This document shows positions 28,168-38,004 of a DNA stretch of 64,000 nt, piece by piece. The stretch is taken from positions 323,139-387,138 of the forward strand of contig LCGL01000001.1 of the NCBI GenBank assembly GCA_000999715.1. The letters are read 5' to 3'. The notes under the pieces are model-generated. The model searched no databases. It saw nothing but the letters and a program-made list of their open reading frames with translations, and was not told where the DNA came from. The position numbers and the translations under genes are program-made. The DNA is from Candidatus Falkowbacteria bacterium GW2011_GWF2_43_32. GTDB lineage: Bacteria; Patescibacteriota; Patescibacteriia; Patescibacteriales; UBA12465. How positions within the stretch are numbered: position 1 is the first letter of the stretch; each line of letters starts with the position of its first letter.

Positions 28168-29967
28168 TTAATTATTTAATTGATTTTTTCTCAGAACGGC
28201 GGTTAAGGCGACGGAGGATAAGACTAAAAATCCGGTGGCAATAATAATGCTCCACAGCAAGGTTCCTCCGGCGGATGTTCCCGTGTTAGGTAAAGACGGC
28301 ACGACTGAGGCGACGACTACGGTGGCGAGAGCAAAATCTCTGACGGTCAGGCCGTTAGCTTCACCGACTGCCACAGCGGTATTGGTCGTAGTTTTAACGA
28401 GCTTGGTTGAGCAGGTATATGTCCAAGTTTCGGTAGTGTCTAATTTGGCGTCATTATTCGTATCGCCGGAAATGTATTTCATCGGACTGCATTTGTCATC
28501 CGTGAGGCGAACATTGCTTAAGGCCACCGCACCCGGATTGGTGATTTTTTCCGTATAAGTGACCATGCCTCCTCCGGCCGGCAAGGTTAAGGGGCTGGGA
28601 GATTTTGTGACATGGATTAATGGCGGGATGATCGGTAAACCGACCACCACCCTCGCGCTGGCAATATCCGTGGCGCTGATGCCGTTGGCCCAGCCGGTAG
28701 CGACAATCGTATTGGTATGCGTTTCCGAAAGAATTGTAGAGCAAGTATAAACCCAGGTTTCGTTGAGATCAAGCTTAGCGTCGCCGTTTGTATCGCCGGT
28801 CGCTAAATTTATCGGACTGCAGGTGTCGCCGACCATCGTGATATCGGTTACCGGAACCGTGCCGATGTTGCGAAGTGTGTAAGTATAAGTAACCGCGCCC
28901 GGGCCGTTCGGTAAAGACAAGGGGCTAGGCACTTTAACGACATCAATTATCGGCGGTACCGGAGGGATGGCCGTGGGAGCGCCGATATCATCATTGGTAA
29001 TGATGCAGAATTTAGCCTCATCCGGATTAAGGGTCACAATGCCGTTGCTGTCGCAATCGCCGGAAAACGTTTGAGTATATTGAGGGTCGGTAGTTTCGGT
29101 TACGGTATAATCATAAGTGACGATATTGGAGGTGCCGAAACGGTTAGTAATGCCGGAAGCGATGAAACCGCCGTTAATAAATAGCGGAAAATCGGCGACA
29201 GTTTTAGTTCCGCCGTTGTCATTAATTACTGTTTTAACGACATTGATTGTTCCATATTTGGTGGTGCCTCCGCTCGTGCTCGCGACGGCACAAATCGGTT
29301 CGGTGATTTGGTTTCTGATTAAAGTCACCTGAGCGTTGCGCGATAAGGCCCGACCTTCAAGAGTGGCACTGTCTCCGAATGAAATAAGGGCCGTGTTGGT
29401 AATAATCGTACCGACCAGTTCTGCTCCGGCACCGATAGTCATGGCTGTCGGCACTTGCCAAAAGACATTGCAAGCATCGGCTCCGTTGATCATGACGACT
29501 TCAGCGCCCGGGTCGACGGTGATGCTTGAGTCGCTGCGGAAAATATAAACACCGGCGCCGTCAAGAGTTACTGTGCCGTTTAACAAGGCCGCTCCGACGG
29601 TATAGACTCCCGGCGTGACCGTAACTACTCCGGATAAATTTTGTACTCCGTCAGCCGCTTGAGCGTTTAACGCGCCATAAGCCGTTAAAATTGCCGCTTC
29701 TACGCCGGCTCCGGCATCTATTACTCCGTCTACTTGGGTCGCGTCGTCAAGGTTAGTGACATTAACGGCATCGGCACCGACATTTCCCCAAATGTGAGTC
29801 GTGACCGAAAGATCATTGGTCACTCCCGTTTTACCGAAGACCGCATAAGTGGCCGCCGCGCCCAGATCCGGAGCTACTCCGGCCGCAGAAACGGAAATTG
29901 TTCCGAGCGGACTGAGTACGAACGTTATGGCTAAAAGGATTGTTGAAAAACCTTTAAATAGCTTCAT
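28168..29967 (-). CDS. ice-binding-like (DUF3494) surface protein with Ig-like repeats and an LPxTG anchor
   Basis: PGVYT, YIFR, GADACNVFWQV, LEGRALS; two tandem ~110-aa repeats; LPNTG + TM + basic tail. Confidence 0.85.
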   Translation of the reverse strand: MKLFKGFSTILLAITFVLSPLGTISVSAAGVAPDLGAAATYAVFGKTGVTNDLSVTTHIWGNVGADAVNVTNLDDATQVDGVIDAGAGVEAAILTAYGALNAQAADGVQNLSGVVTVTPGVYTVGAALLNGTVTLDGAGVYIFRSDSSITVDPGAEVVMINGADACNVFWQVPTAMTIGAGAELVGTIITNTALISFGDSATLEGRALSRNAQVTLIRNQITEPICAVASTSGGTTKYGTINVVKTVINDNGGTKTVADFPLFINGGFIASGITNRFGTSNIVTYDYTVTETTDPQYTQTFSGDCDSNGIVTLNPDEAKFCIITNDDIGAPTAIPPVPPIIDVVKVPSPLSLPNGPGAVTYTYTLRNIGTVPVTDITMVGDTCSPINLATGDTNGDAKLDLNETWVYTCSTILSETHTNTIVATGWANGISATDIASARVVVGLPIIPPLIHVTKSPSPLTLPAGGGMVTYTEKITNPGAVALSNVRLTDDKCSPMKYISGDTNNDAKLDTTETWTYTCSTKLVKTTTNTAVAVGEANGLTVRDFALATVVVASVVPSLPNTGTSAGGTLLWSIIIATGFLVLSSVALTAVLRKNQLNN

Positions 29968-30209
29968 AAATTTATAATTATTTGTTAAATTATTTTTTAA
30001 GACCAACACTATATGTTATTTTTAATTTAGCTTATATAGTATATCACACTCTGGACAACTTAACAATTTTTTAGTAATTTTTTTTATTTTTAGTCAAATT
30101 TTGGGCGAGATTACAAAAAGCTAAAAAAATGTTATAATTAAATTAGAAGAAAAATAGGAAATAATAAAGAATAGCGGTTAATTGATTTATTGCATTTTTA
30201 TTTTTTTAT

Positions 30210-31628
30210 ATGAAAAGAAAAATAATTTTTGGTCTTCTATTTAGAAGAATGGCCGATAATAAATCGAATTTAAATAATAAACGGGGCTTAAATTTAGGAA
30301 TTTGTATTTTAACATTTACGGTCCTTTTTTCTTGGCCTTTAGTCGCGCTTAAAGCGGGAGGAGAAATAGAATTGATAACCCAACCAATATTGTCTAAAGT
30401 CGAAACAACGGAAACGGAGTCGGAATCGGAGGTTGAAATAATTAGTTTACAGGAACAGATAGTAATGGCCTTAGCTTCGTTTACTAAGACTTTACAAATA
30501 GGGGCGACGGGTGACGAAGTTCGGCAGTTGCAAACAATTTTAAAAATTTATCCGGAAATTTATCCGGAAGGAGTGGTGACCGGTTATTATGGTCCACTTA
30601 CCGAAATGGCTGTACGACGTTTTCAAATTAAAGAAGAAATAGAGGTTGCCGGGGTTGTCGGTCCGTTGACTAGAGATAAATTAAATGGATTAATAGCTAA
30701 GGAAACGACCGGGACAGTCGGTCCGACCGGGGCCACCGGCGAAACAGGCGCGACTGGTGCGGTTGGGACTACCGGAGCGGTTGGCGAAACTGGCGCGACC
30801 GGAGCTATCGGCGAAACCGGAACAACGGGTGCAATTGGCGAAACAGGAGCGCGAGGCAGGTCCGGTTCTTCCGGCTCAACCGGGGCCACCGGTGAAACAG
30901 GAGCGACCGGTTCCGTTGGAGCGACCGGGACAGAAGGTGCAGCCGGTGCTGTCGGCGACGCTGGGGCAGAAGGTGCGGCTGGCGTTGCTGGCGTTGCTGG
31001 CGACACTGGGGCAGAAGGTGCGGCTGGCGCTGTCGGAGCAGCTGGAGCAGAAGGTGCGATTGGTGCAACCGGTATTGAGGGCGCCGCCGGTGAAGCTGGC
31101 GTTGCTGGCCCGGCTGGGGCAATCGGCGAAACCGGGGCCACCGGCGAAACAGGCGCGACTGGAGCGACTGGAGTTATTTTGTCCGCTCAATATGTTCAGC
31201 TGGGAGCACAGCCGGCAACAGTGGGCGCCGGTCAACCATTTACTTATACTACCGAGGTCTTATCCACGCCGGGCATTACTTTTGAAACCGCGGTATTTAA
31301 TCCGCCGTTTATTACGAGCGGCACAATTTTTACTTTAGCCAATGTCGGACGGTATGAAATAAATTATCAAATGACCTACCCGACGGACGGTGGCATTGTC
31401 TTATATTTTGGCTCGACCATTCCGACAATGTTGCCGCTTCCTTATACGATGATCGGGAAAACCACAGACGGATCGGTTAGCGGTAGAATAATCATTCAAA
31501 CCACGACGCCAAATTCATTTTTAAGCGTTAATGCCGCGGCCGGAAACGCGGCGGCAATTGATATACCGGCGAATACCAGCACCACCAATCAAAGCGCGAC
31601 CACAATATCGTTTAAGCAGATTCAATAA
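30210..31628 (+). CDS. collagen-like protein with peptidoglycan-binding domain and C-terminal globular domain
   Basis: [23 protein letters not shown] (PG_binding_1); long G-X-Y tract ~30710-31172. Confidence 0.85.
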   Translation: MKRKIIFGLLFRRMADNKSNLNNKRGLNLGICILTFTVLFSWPLVALKAGGEIELITQPILSKVETTETESESEVEIISLQEQIVMALASFTKTLQIGATGDEVRQLQTILKIYPEIYPEGVVTGYYGPLTEMAVRRFQIKEEIEVAGVVGPLTRDKLNGLIAKETTGTVGPTGATGETGATGAVGTTGAVGETGATGAIGETGTTGAIGETGARGRSGSSGSTGATGETGATGSVGATGTEGAAGAVGDAGAEGAAGVAGVAGDTGAEGAAGAVGAAGAEGAIGATGIEGAAGEAGVAGPAGAIGETGATGETGATGATGVILSAQYVQLGAQPATVGAGQPFTYTTEVLSTPGITFETAVFNPPFITSGTIFTLANVGRYEINYQMTYPTDGGIVLYFGSTIPTMLPLPYTMIGKTTDGSVSGRIIIQTTTPNSFLSVNAAAGNAAAIDIPANTSTTNQSATTISFKQIQ

Positions 31629-31708
31629 AGAGGGTGGTTTTACGCCAGGTTCTTCATTAAGCTATCAAAAATATTTAACACCAATAAAAAAAGACGCTGT
31701 TTAATCAA

Positions 31709-31750
31709 GCGCCTTTTTTGTGAGAGATATGATTGATATTCTGTTTATTT
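31709..31750. repeat. right 42-bp direct repeat bounding the sortase island
   Basis: 39/42 identical to 27210-27251. Confidence 0.8.
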
Positions 31751-31936
31751 TTAGTCAATATTAGTTAATTTGCCCGGGCTTGACTGCAAGTTATTTTTGT
31801 GATTTAATTGAAAGTCGATTGGTGTGGCCCTTTAACAACAATGAATTAATCAATGATTTGATTATCGGTTAAAGCTTTAATAATTAGAGTTTTGTCCGAT
31901 AATCAGATCTAGTATTAATTTAAAATAGAAAATGTC

Positions 31937-32470
31937 ATGAAAAAAGTGTATTTATCGTTACTTGTTGCGGTCGTTATTATTGCCGGTCTTTATATTTATA
32001 AAAAATCAACCAGTATTTTGGAACTCGTTTCTGTCGGCCAAGAGCTGACAATAGAAATTCCGCGAGATCGATTGTTTCTTGCCGAAGCCGACAGGATGTT
32101 CAAACATATTGATCCTCGATTGCTGGCGATGGAAAAAAATAAAATTAACCATTCAAACTGCCAAATCACGTTTGACGTTTACGACGCCGACTGTAAAGTC
32201 GGACAAAATTTAGCCGATATTTTTGCCGCTCTTCCTCAGACGAATCGGGAAACGTTAACCTGGGAAGAGGTCAAGATTTTTTGCGTTAAACATTACGCCT
32301 CCTTGGCTCAAGGAGGAAGAGTTAATTTATTTTTAGTGGAAAGCAGCGAACAACAATCAAAAGTTTTTGTCTATGTTGACCCGGACGGATTTTATGTTCT
32401 TTTCCAGTTGTTTGAATATGACGATTTTTGGATCGGTGAAAGTTCCTGGCGCCTGATCGTGCCTCGTTAA
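31937..32470 (+). CDS. hypothetical membrane-anchored protein
   Basis: N-terminal TM; own promoter (31780) and terminator (~32478-32518). Confidence 0.7.
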   Translation: MKKVYLSLLVAVVIIAGLYIYKKSTSILELVSVGQELTIEIPRDRLFLAEADRMFKHIDPRLLAMEKNKINHSNCQITFDVYDADCKVGQNLADIFAALPQTNRETLTWEEVKIFCVKHYASLAQGGRVNLFLVESSEQQSKVFVYVDPDGFYVLFQLFEYDDFWIGESSWRLIVPR

Positions 32471-32517
32471 ATCACTCCACCCTCGGATTAAAGCAAACGC
32501 TTTTAAATCCGGGGGTT

Positions 32518-34749
32518 TTATTTATTTTGCGTGTAACCGCAATCCCGATTACTGCATTTTACTTGGCCGCTTTTATCGGTGACCAATAAGGCTTGGCAAT
32601 CCGGACACTTATCGCCGGTCGGTTGCCCCCAATAGGCATTTTTGCATTTCGGATAAGCGGAGCAGGCCCAAAATGCGCCGCGACGACTGAATTTTTTAAC
32701 GATTTTGCCTTCGCCGCAAACCGGACAGTCCACTTCTTTCCCGTCTCCCGGTTGAGCGATATTTTTGATGTTTTTACATTTCGGGTAAGCGGAGCAAGCC
32801 AGGAAAGGCCCGTATTTTCCGGTGCGGACTTTCATGGGCGCACCGCATTTATCGCAAACTTCGCCGGCATATTTTTTTTCCAGTTCCAGAGTTTTGGCGT
32901 CCGGCTCTTTTTTTTCACCGCCGTTTTCGCCGGGCATTTTTTTGATGTTGCGGCAATCCGGAAAAGCGCTGCAGGCCAAAAATTTTCCATAACGTCCGGT
33001 TTTGATAACCATGGCCGCGCCGCATTTATCGCAGATTTCGCTGGATTTTTCTTCAGGCATAATATCTTTTTTATTAATTTCTTCGTATTTGATTTGTAAA
33101 TTATCGTGAAATTCTTTATAAAACTCGCCCATCACCGGTTGCCATTCTTTTTTTCCCGCGGCGATAAGATCCAGATCGTCTTCCAATTTGGCCGTAAATT
33201 CATAATTAACTATTTTGGGAAAATGATTAATCAATAAATCGGTCACGACAAAGGCGATGCTGGTCGGCTTCAATTTTTTATTTTCATCCCGCTCCACGTA
33301 ATTGCGAACGATAATGGTATTGATGGTCGGAGCGTAAGTGGACGGTCGGCCGATGCCGTGTTTTTCCAATTCTTTGACCAAGCCGGCGTCGGAATAACGG
33401 GCCGGCGGATTGGTGGCATGTTGTTCGGCCCGCAAGTCCAACAAAATCAGCGCTTGTTTTTCGGTTAAGACCGGCAATTCTTGCTCTTTGGTTTTTTCCG
33501 GCCAAATTTTCAGATAGCCCGGGAAAATCAAAATTTGTCCGTTGGCACGAAAAATATAAACTTCCTTTTTTATCTGAGCCTTGATATCAATCGTTGTCGC
33601 CGCCAATTTTGCGGGAGCCATTTGACTGGCGATTGCTCTTTGCCAGATTAAACGATATAAGCGTTCTTGATTTTTATCCAGTTTTCCCGCCAGCAATTCC
33701 GGAGTGGTATTGGCCTCGGTCGGTCGAATGGCTTCATGAGCTTCTTGAGCGTTGCGACTTTTGTTTTTAAAGACGCGCCCTTTTTCCGCCGCGTATTCCG
33801 GTCCGAGATTAGTTTTTAACCAAGCGGCCGCTTCCGTCAAAAATTTCGGCGAGAGGTCCAAGGAGTCGGTGCGCATGTAGGTGATGTGGCCTTGCTCGTA
33901 TAATTTTTGCGCCACCATCATTGTTTGTTTGGCGCTGAAGCCCAAATAACGATTGGCCGATTGCTGTAAGGTGGAAGTCGTAAACGGCGCCGCCGGATTT
34001 TTGTTGATTTGTTTTTTGTCTATTTTATCAACGGCGTACTCCGCGCCGGTTAACAATTTTTTTAGACTGTCGGCTTCCGCTTTTTTGATATCCAGCTTAT
34101 TGAAAGTTTTATTTTTTATTTTATAAAGATCGGCCGTGAAAGCGGTTTCTTTTTTGTCGGCCGTAAAATCGGCCGACAGACTCCAGTATTCTTCAACTTT
34201 GAAGTTTTGTATTTCTCGTTCCCGCTCCACGATTAAGCGGGTAGCTACGCTTTGCACTCGTCCGGCCGACAAACCTTTGGCCACTTTTTTCCATAAAAAC
34301 GGAGACAGTTCATAGCCGACCAGGCGGTCCAAAAGGCGTCGGGTTTGTTGAGCATCCACCAAGTTGAGATCAATTTTTCGCGGCGTTTTTAAGGCCGCCA
34401 AAATCGCCTCTTTGGTGATTTCATGGAAGACGATTCTTTTGTTTTTGTTTTCATCCAAGTTCAAGGCTTTCACCAAATGCCAAGCGATCGCCTCGCCTTC
34501 GCGGTCTTCGTCGGAAGCCAAGATAACTTCCGTGGCCTTTTTGGCGGCCGATTTTAAAGCGGCCACGGTTTTTTTTGCCTTGGCGGGGATGATGTATTTC
34601 GGTTCAAAACCGTGTTCAATGTCTATGCCCATCTCGCTTTTCGGCAAATCGCGAATATGACCGAAAGAAGATTCAACCTGGTATTCTTTGCCCAGGAATT
34701 TACCGATGGTTTTCGCCTTAGTCGGCGATTCAACGATGATTAAATTCAT
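32518..34749 (-). CDS. topA: DNA topoisomerase I
   Basis: IVESPTKAKTI, DEDREGEAIAWH, SAGRVQS, ITYMRTDS, C-terminal zinc ribbons. Confidence 0.97.
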   Translation of the reverse strand: MNLIIVESPTKAKTIGKFLGKEYQVESSFGHIRDLPKSEMGIDIEHGFEPKYIIPAKAKKTVAALKSAAKKATEVILASDEDREGEAIAWHLVKALNLDENKNKRIVFHEITKEAILAALKTPRKIDLNLVDAQQTRRLLDRLVGYELSPFLWKKVAKGLSAGRVQSVATRLIVEREREIQNFKVEEYWSLSADFTADKKETAFTADLYKIKNKTFNKLDIKKAEADSLKKLLTGAEYAVDKIDKKQINKNPAAPFTTSTLQQSANRYLGFSAKQTMMVAQKLYEQGHITYMRTDSLDLSPKFLTEAAAWLKTNLGPEYAAEKGRVFKNKSRNAQEAHEAIRPTEANTTPELLAGKLDKNQERLYRLIWQRAIASQMAPAKLAATTIDIKAQIKKEVYIFRANGQILIFPGYLKIWPEKTKEQELPVLTEKQALILLDLRAEQHATNPPARYSDAGLVKELEKHGIGRPSTYAPTINTIIVRNYVERDENKKLKPTSIAFVVTDLLINHFPKIVNYEFTAKLEDDLDLIAAGKKEWQPVMGEFYKEFHDNLQIKYEEINKKDIMPEEKSSEICDKCGAAMVIKTGRYGKFLACSAFPDCRNIKKMPGENGGEKKEPDAKTLELEKKYAGEVCDKCGAPMKVRTGKYGPFLACSAYPKCKNIKNIAQPGDGKEVDCPVCGEGKIVKKFSRRGAFWACSAYPKCKNAYWGQPTGDKCPDCQALLVTDKSGQVKCSNRDCGYTQNK

Positions 34750-34761
34750 ATATTCGGAAAC

Positions 34762-35892
34762 TTAGATTAGTTTATAGCCGAATTCGGCGGAGCTTATCAC
34801 TCCTTTAATCTCCAATATACTTAGTGTACTATTTATCGTCGCGGTGTCAAGTTTGGTGTTTTTTATAATTTCATCCGCGCTCAGTGCTTCCGCCCGCTCT
34901 TCGGCCGATTTCAATAAATTGCAGATTGTCGCTTCGTTTTGATTTTCCGGTTGATAAGAGGAATGAGCCTTTAATTTTTTAGAGGGCGTTGACGCGGATG
35001 ACGTTAATTTAAAAACTTCCAGAATATCGTCGACATTAATGACGGTCTTTGCTCCGGAGCGGATTAAATCGTTCGGTCCGGCGGAAAATTCCGAGAAGAT
35101 ATTTCCCGGAATCGCCAACACTTCCCTATTTTGTTCCAAGGCGTAGGCGGCGGTAATCAGCGCTCCGGATTTGGCTTTTGCTTCCACGACCAAAGTCGCT
35201 TGCGCCAAGCCGGCGATAATGCGGTTGCGTTGCGGGAAGTTTTGTTTGTAGGGAGGCGTGCCGGGCGGGAATTCCGACAGCAAAAGGCCGCCGTTGGCGA
35301 TGATATTTTCCGCCAAACGCCAATTGGCGGACGGATAAATATTTTTAGCATCTAAGCCGGAACCGAGAATCGCCCAGGTCTTCCCTTTCAAGTCTAAAGT
35401 TTTATGATGCGCCAAGGCGTCTATTCCCAGAGCCAAGCCGCTGATAATTTCTATTTCGGCGGCGATCAGCGGCGGCAACAGTTCGGCAATTATTTTTTCC
35501 GCGTAGGCGCTGTGTTGTCGGGAGCCGACGACGGCCAAGCGATTTTTTATTTTTCCCGCAAATTCTTCGGAACAACCTTTATAATATAAAACCGGCGGCG
35601 GCGCGGATATTTCTTTTAACAACGGCGGATATTCCGGATCGTGCCAAGTGATGAAAGAAATATTTTCTTTTTCCAATTCGGTCAGGACGTTTTCTATCCG
35701 CCAATTTCGTCGCCAGGCAATAAATTCGCCGGCTAATTTAGGATTCAAACCGGCTTTTTCCAAAGCAAAACTAGAGGCCGTAAAAGCGTTTTTTAAATCC
35801 GAAAAATAATTTTCTAATCTTTTCGTCGCCATCGGGCCGATTTTTTGGAAACAGTTGAAGGCGAGATAATAATGTTTATTTTCGTAAGTCAT
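34762..35892 (-). CDS. dprA: DNA-processing protein DprA
   Basis: AVVGSR, SGLALGIDA, FPQRNRIIAG, SGALITA. Confidence 0.95.
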   Translation of the reverse strand: MTYENKHYYLAFNCFQKIGPMATKRLENYFSDLKNAFTASSFALEKAGLNPKLAGEFIAWRRNWRIENVLTELEKENISFITWHDPEYPPLLKEISAPPPVLYYKGCSEEFAGKIKNRLAVVGSRQHSAYAEKIIAELLPPLIAAEIEIISGLALGIDALAHHKTLDLKGKTWAILGSGLDAKNIYPSANWRLAENIIANGGLLLSEFPPGTPPYKQNFPQRNRIIAGLAQATLVVEAKAKSGALITAAYALEQNREVLAIPGNIFSEFSAGPNDLIRSGAKTVINVDDILEVFKLTSSASTPSKKLKAHSSYQPENQNEATICNLLKSAEERAEALSADEIIKNTKLDTATINSTLSILEIKGVISSAEFGYKLI

Positions 35893-35962
35893 ATTTTTAT
35901 TTTTAACCGGTTATATTTTGAATAAATAAAATCCCCCTAAGATTTTTAGGGGGATTTTATGA

Positions 35963-36511
35963 TTATTTTAGATTTTTGATGTTCAGTCCGGCGAGTAATT
36001 TTTGCAGGCGTTCTTTTTCTTCCGGGCTAAAAGCGCCGAGGACGAATTTGTCGGGTGGAATGTGGGTTCTCAATAATTCGTTTTTAACGCCGAGGCGAAG
36101 GCGGGTGATTTTTTTGGTTTTCAGATAATCAATGATGGATTGGACGCCGCGATGTCCGGCGCTGGCGGAATCGACAGCCACCTTATAATCGCCCAAATTT
36201 AAATCCAGGTCGTCATGAACGACAATCAGTGTTTCGCTCAAATCGGCATTTTTCTTTTTTATCAAACCGAAATTTTTTGGTAAAAGTTTGTAATAGTTGA
36301 GAATTTTTTGTACTGCCATGCCGGAGTTATTCATGAAGGTCAGCGGTTTGACGAATAAAAACTCGCCGCTTTCATGAAGTAAAGCGTTGAATTTTTTGTT
36401 TTCCGACCAATTAACGTCGCCTAGCCAGTTATCCAGGGCTAGCCAGCCGGCGTTATGGCGCGTATTTTTGTATCGTTCCCCGGGATTGCCCAGGCCGACT
36501 ACGATTTGCAT
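35963..36511 (-). CDS. pth: peptidyl-tRNA hydrolase
   Basis: VGLGNPG..Y..TRHNAG, KPLTFMNNSG, HDDLD, GHRG. Confidence 0.95.
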   Translation of the reverse strand: MQIVVGLGNPGERYKNTRHNAGWLALDNWLGDVNWSENKKFNALLHESGEFLFVKPLTFMNNSGMAVQKILNYYKLLPKNFGLIKKKNADLSETLIVVHDDLDLNLGDYKVAVDSASAGHRGVQSIIDYLKTKKITRLRLGVKNELLRTHIPPDKFVLGAFSPEEKERLQKLLAGLNIKNLK

Positions 36512-36512
36512 A

Positions 36513-37988
36513 TTATTTTTTATTTTTTATTTTCTTGGGACGAGAGGGCTCGTTATAGGTTGTATGCGATTTTTTATTCTTAGTGACGCGAATGCTCAGA
36601 GGTGTGCCGATAAATCCGTGTCGTTCGCGTAAACGATTTTCCAAGAAACGCACGTAAGAAAAATGCAAATTATCGTTGGGCCCGATACGCAGAACAAAAG
36701 AAGGCGGATTATTTTTGGTTTGGCGGAATTCGTAAATGTGCGGAGCCTTCAATCCCTTGCCTTTGGCCGGTTTATGAATTTTTACCACATGTTTGAGAAA
36801 CTTCTCCGTTTGCGAATCGCTCAATAATAATTGTCGTTGAGTGGCCACGGCGATAATCGACTCCAGAATTTTATTGACCTTTTCTCCGGTTTTGGCGGAA
36901 ATGAATTGAGTCGGCGCCCAAGTGGCGAAAGGTAATTTATCATACAAAATAGCTGCCCATTTTTTGGTGTCGCGTCCTTCCACCAAATCCCATTTGTTGG
37001 CGATGAATATCAAGCTCTTCTGGCGATCAACGATTTCTTGCACCAACTTGGCGTCTTGATGAGTTAAGGGCTCGCTGATATCCATCACTAATAGAGCAAT
37101 GTCCGCTTTTTCCAAAGATTTTAAAGATTTGACGATCCCGTCTTTTTCAAAACCGGTGACATTGCGGCTATGTCGGGCGATGCCCGCAGTATCCACCAAA
37201 GTAATTTTTTTGTCTTGATAAGTTATTTCCGTATTTTGCGGTTCTCTGGTCGTATGCGGCACCGGACTGACAATAACGCGCTCATAGCCGAGAATAGCAT
37301 TCAATAAAGATGATTTGCCGACATTCGGTTTGCCGATCAGACAGGCGGAAATTCCTTTATCCGGATTAACGATTATTTCTTCATCTGAATTTGTGTTTTT
37401 ATTGGCCGGTTTTGATATGTTTTTTCTTTTGGCCAGTTTTTCGGTAATTAAATCCAAAAGATCGCCGGTACCCAAACCGCTGGCCGCCGAAATGATTATC
37501 GGGTCGCCCAGGCCAAGGCGATGAAAAGGAGCCGCTTCTCCGGCGGTCCGGAAACTGTCAACTTTGTTGGCCACCAATAATACCTTTTCTCGATATTTCG
37601 GATTTTTCTTTAGCTCCGCCGCCAATTTCTTGTCTTCCGACAAGAGACCGGCTTTGGCGTCCACGATAAATAAAATCAAGGCCGCTTCCCATAGATAGGA
37701 ACGGGCTTGTTTTTGTGTTTGGCTGTCGATATCTTCGCCCGAAATTTTTTTATCGGTCAGAATTTGCGAATCCAACAATCCGGCAGTATCCACCAATTCA
37801 AAGGATTGTCTCGCCCATTCCACGAAGCCCAGGTTACTGTCCCGCGTCGTGCCGGCGATATCGGAAATCAGCGCCTGTTTTTTTTCCGTCAGACAATTAA
37901 AAAGAGTGGACTTGCCGACGTTGGTTCGTCCGCAAATGGCCACCAGCGGCAATTCTTGATTTATTTTTTTCCGAAGGTTTTTAGTCAT
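36513..37988 (-). CDS. der: ribosome biogenesis GTPase Der
   Basis: Two GTPase domains (GRTNVGKS, GKPNVGKS; DTAG; NKVD/NKWD) and a KH-like tail. Confidence 0.95.
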   Translation of the reverse strand: MTKNLRKKINQELPLVAICGRTNVGKSTLFNCLTEKKQALISDIAGTTRDSNLGFVEWARQSFELVDTAGLLDSQILTDKKISGEDIDSQTQKQARSYLWEAALILFIVDAKAGLLSEDKKLAAELKKNPKYREKVLLVANKVDSFRTAGEAAPFHRLGLGDPIIISAASGLGTGDLLDLITEKLAKRKNISKPANKNTNSDEEIIVNPDKGISACLIGKPNVGKSSLLNAILGYERVIVSPVPHTTREPQNTEITYQDKKITLVDTAGIARHSRNVTGFEKDGIVKSLKSLEKADIALLVMDISEPLTHQDAKLVQEIVDRQKSLIFIANKWDLVEGRDTKKWAAILYDKLPFATWAPTQFISAKTGEKVNKILESIIAVATQRQLLLSDSQTEKFLKHVVKIHKPAKGKGLKAPHIYEFRQTKNNPPSFVLRIGPNDNLHFSYVRFLENRLRERHGFIGTPLSIRVTKNKKSHTTYNEPSRPKKIKNKK

Positions 37989-38004
37989 GTTGATGTTATT
38001 TCGT

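Noticed and set aside
30623..31338. Pro/Ala-, Gln/Arg- and Cys/Ser-rich alternative ORFs
   Set aside because: They are shadow frames of the collagen G-X-Y repeat.
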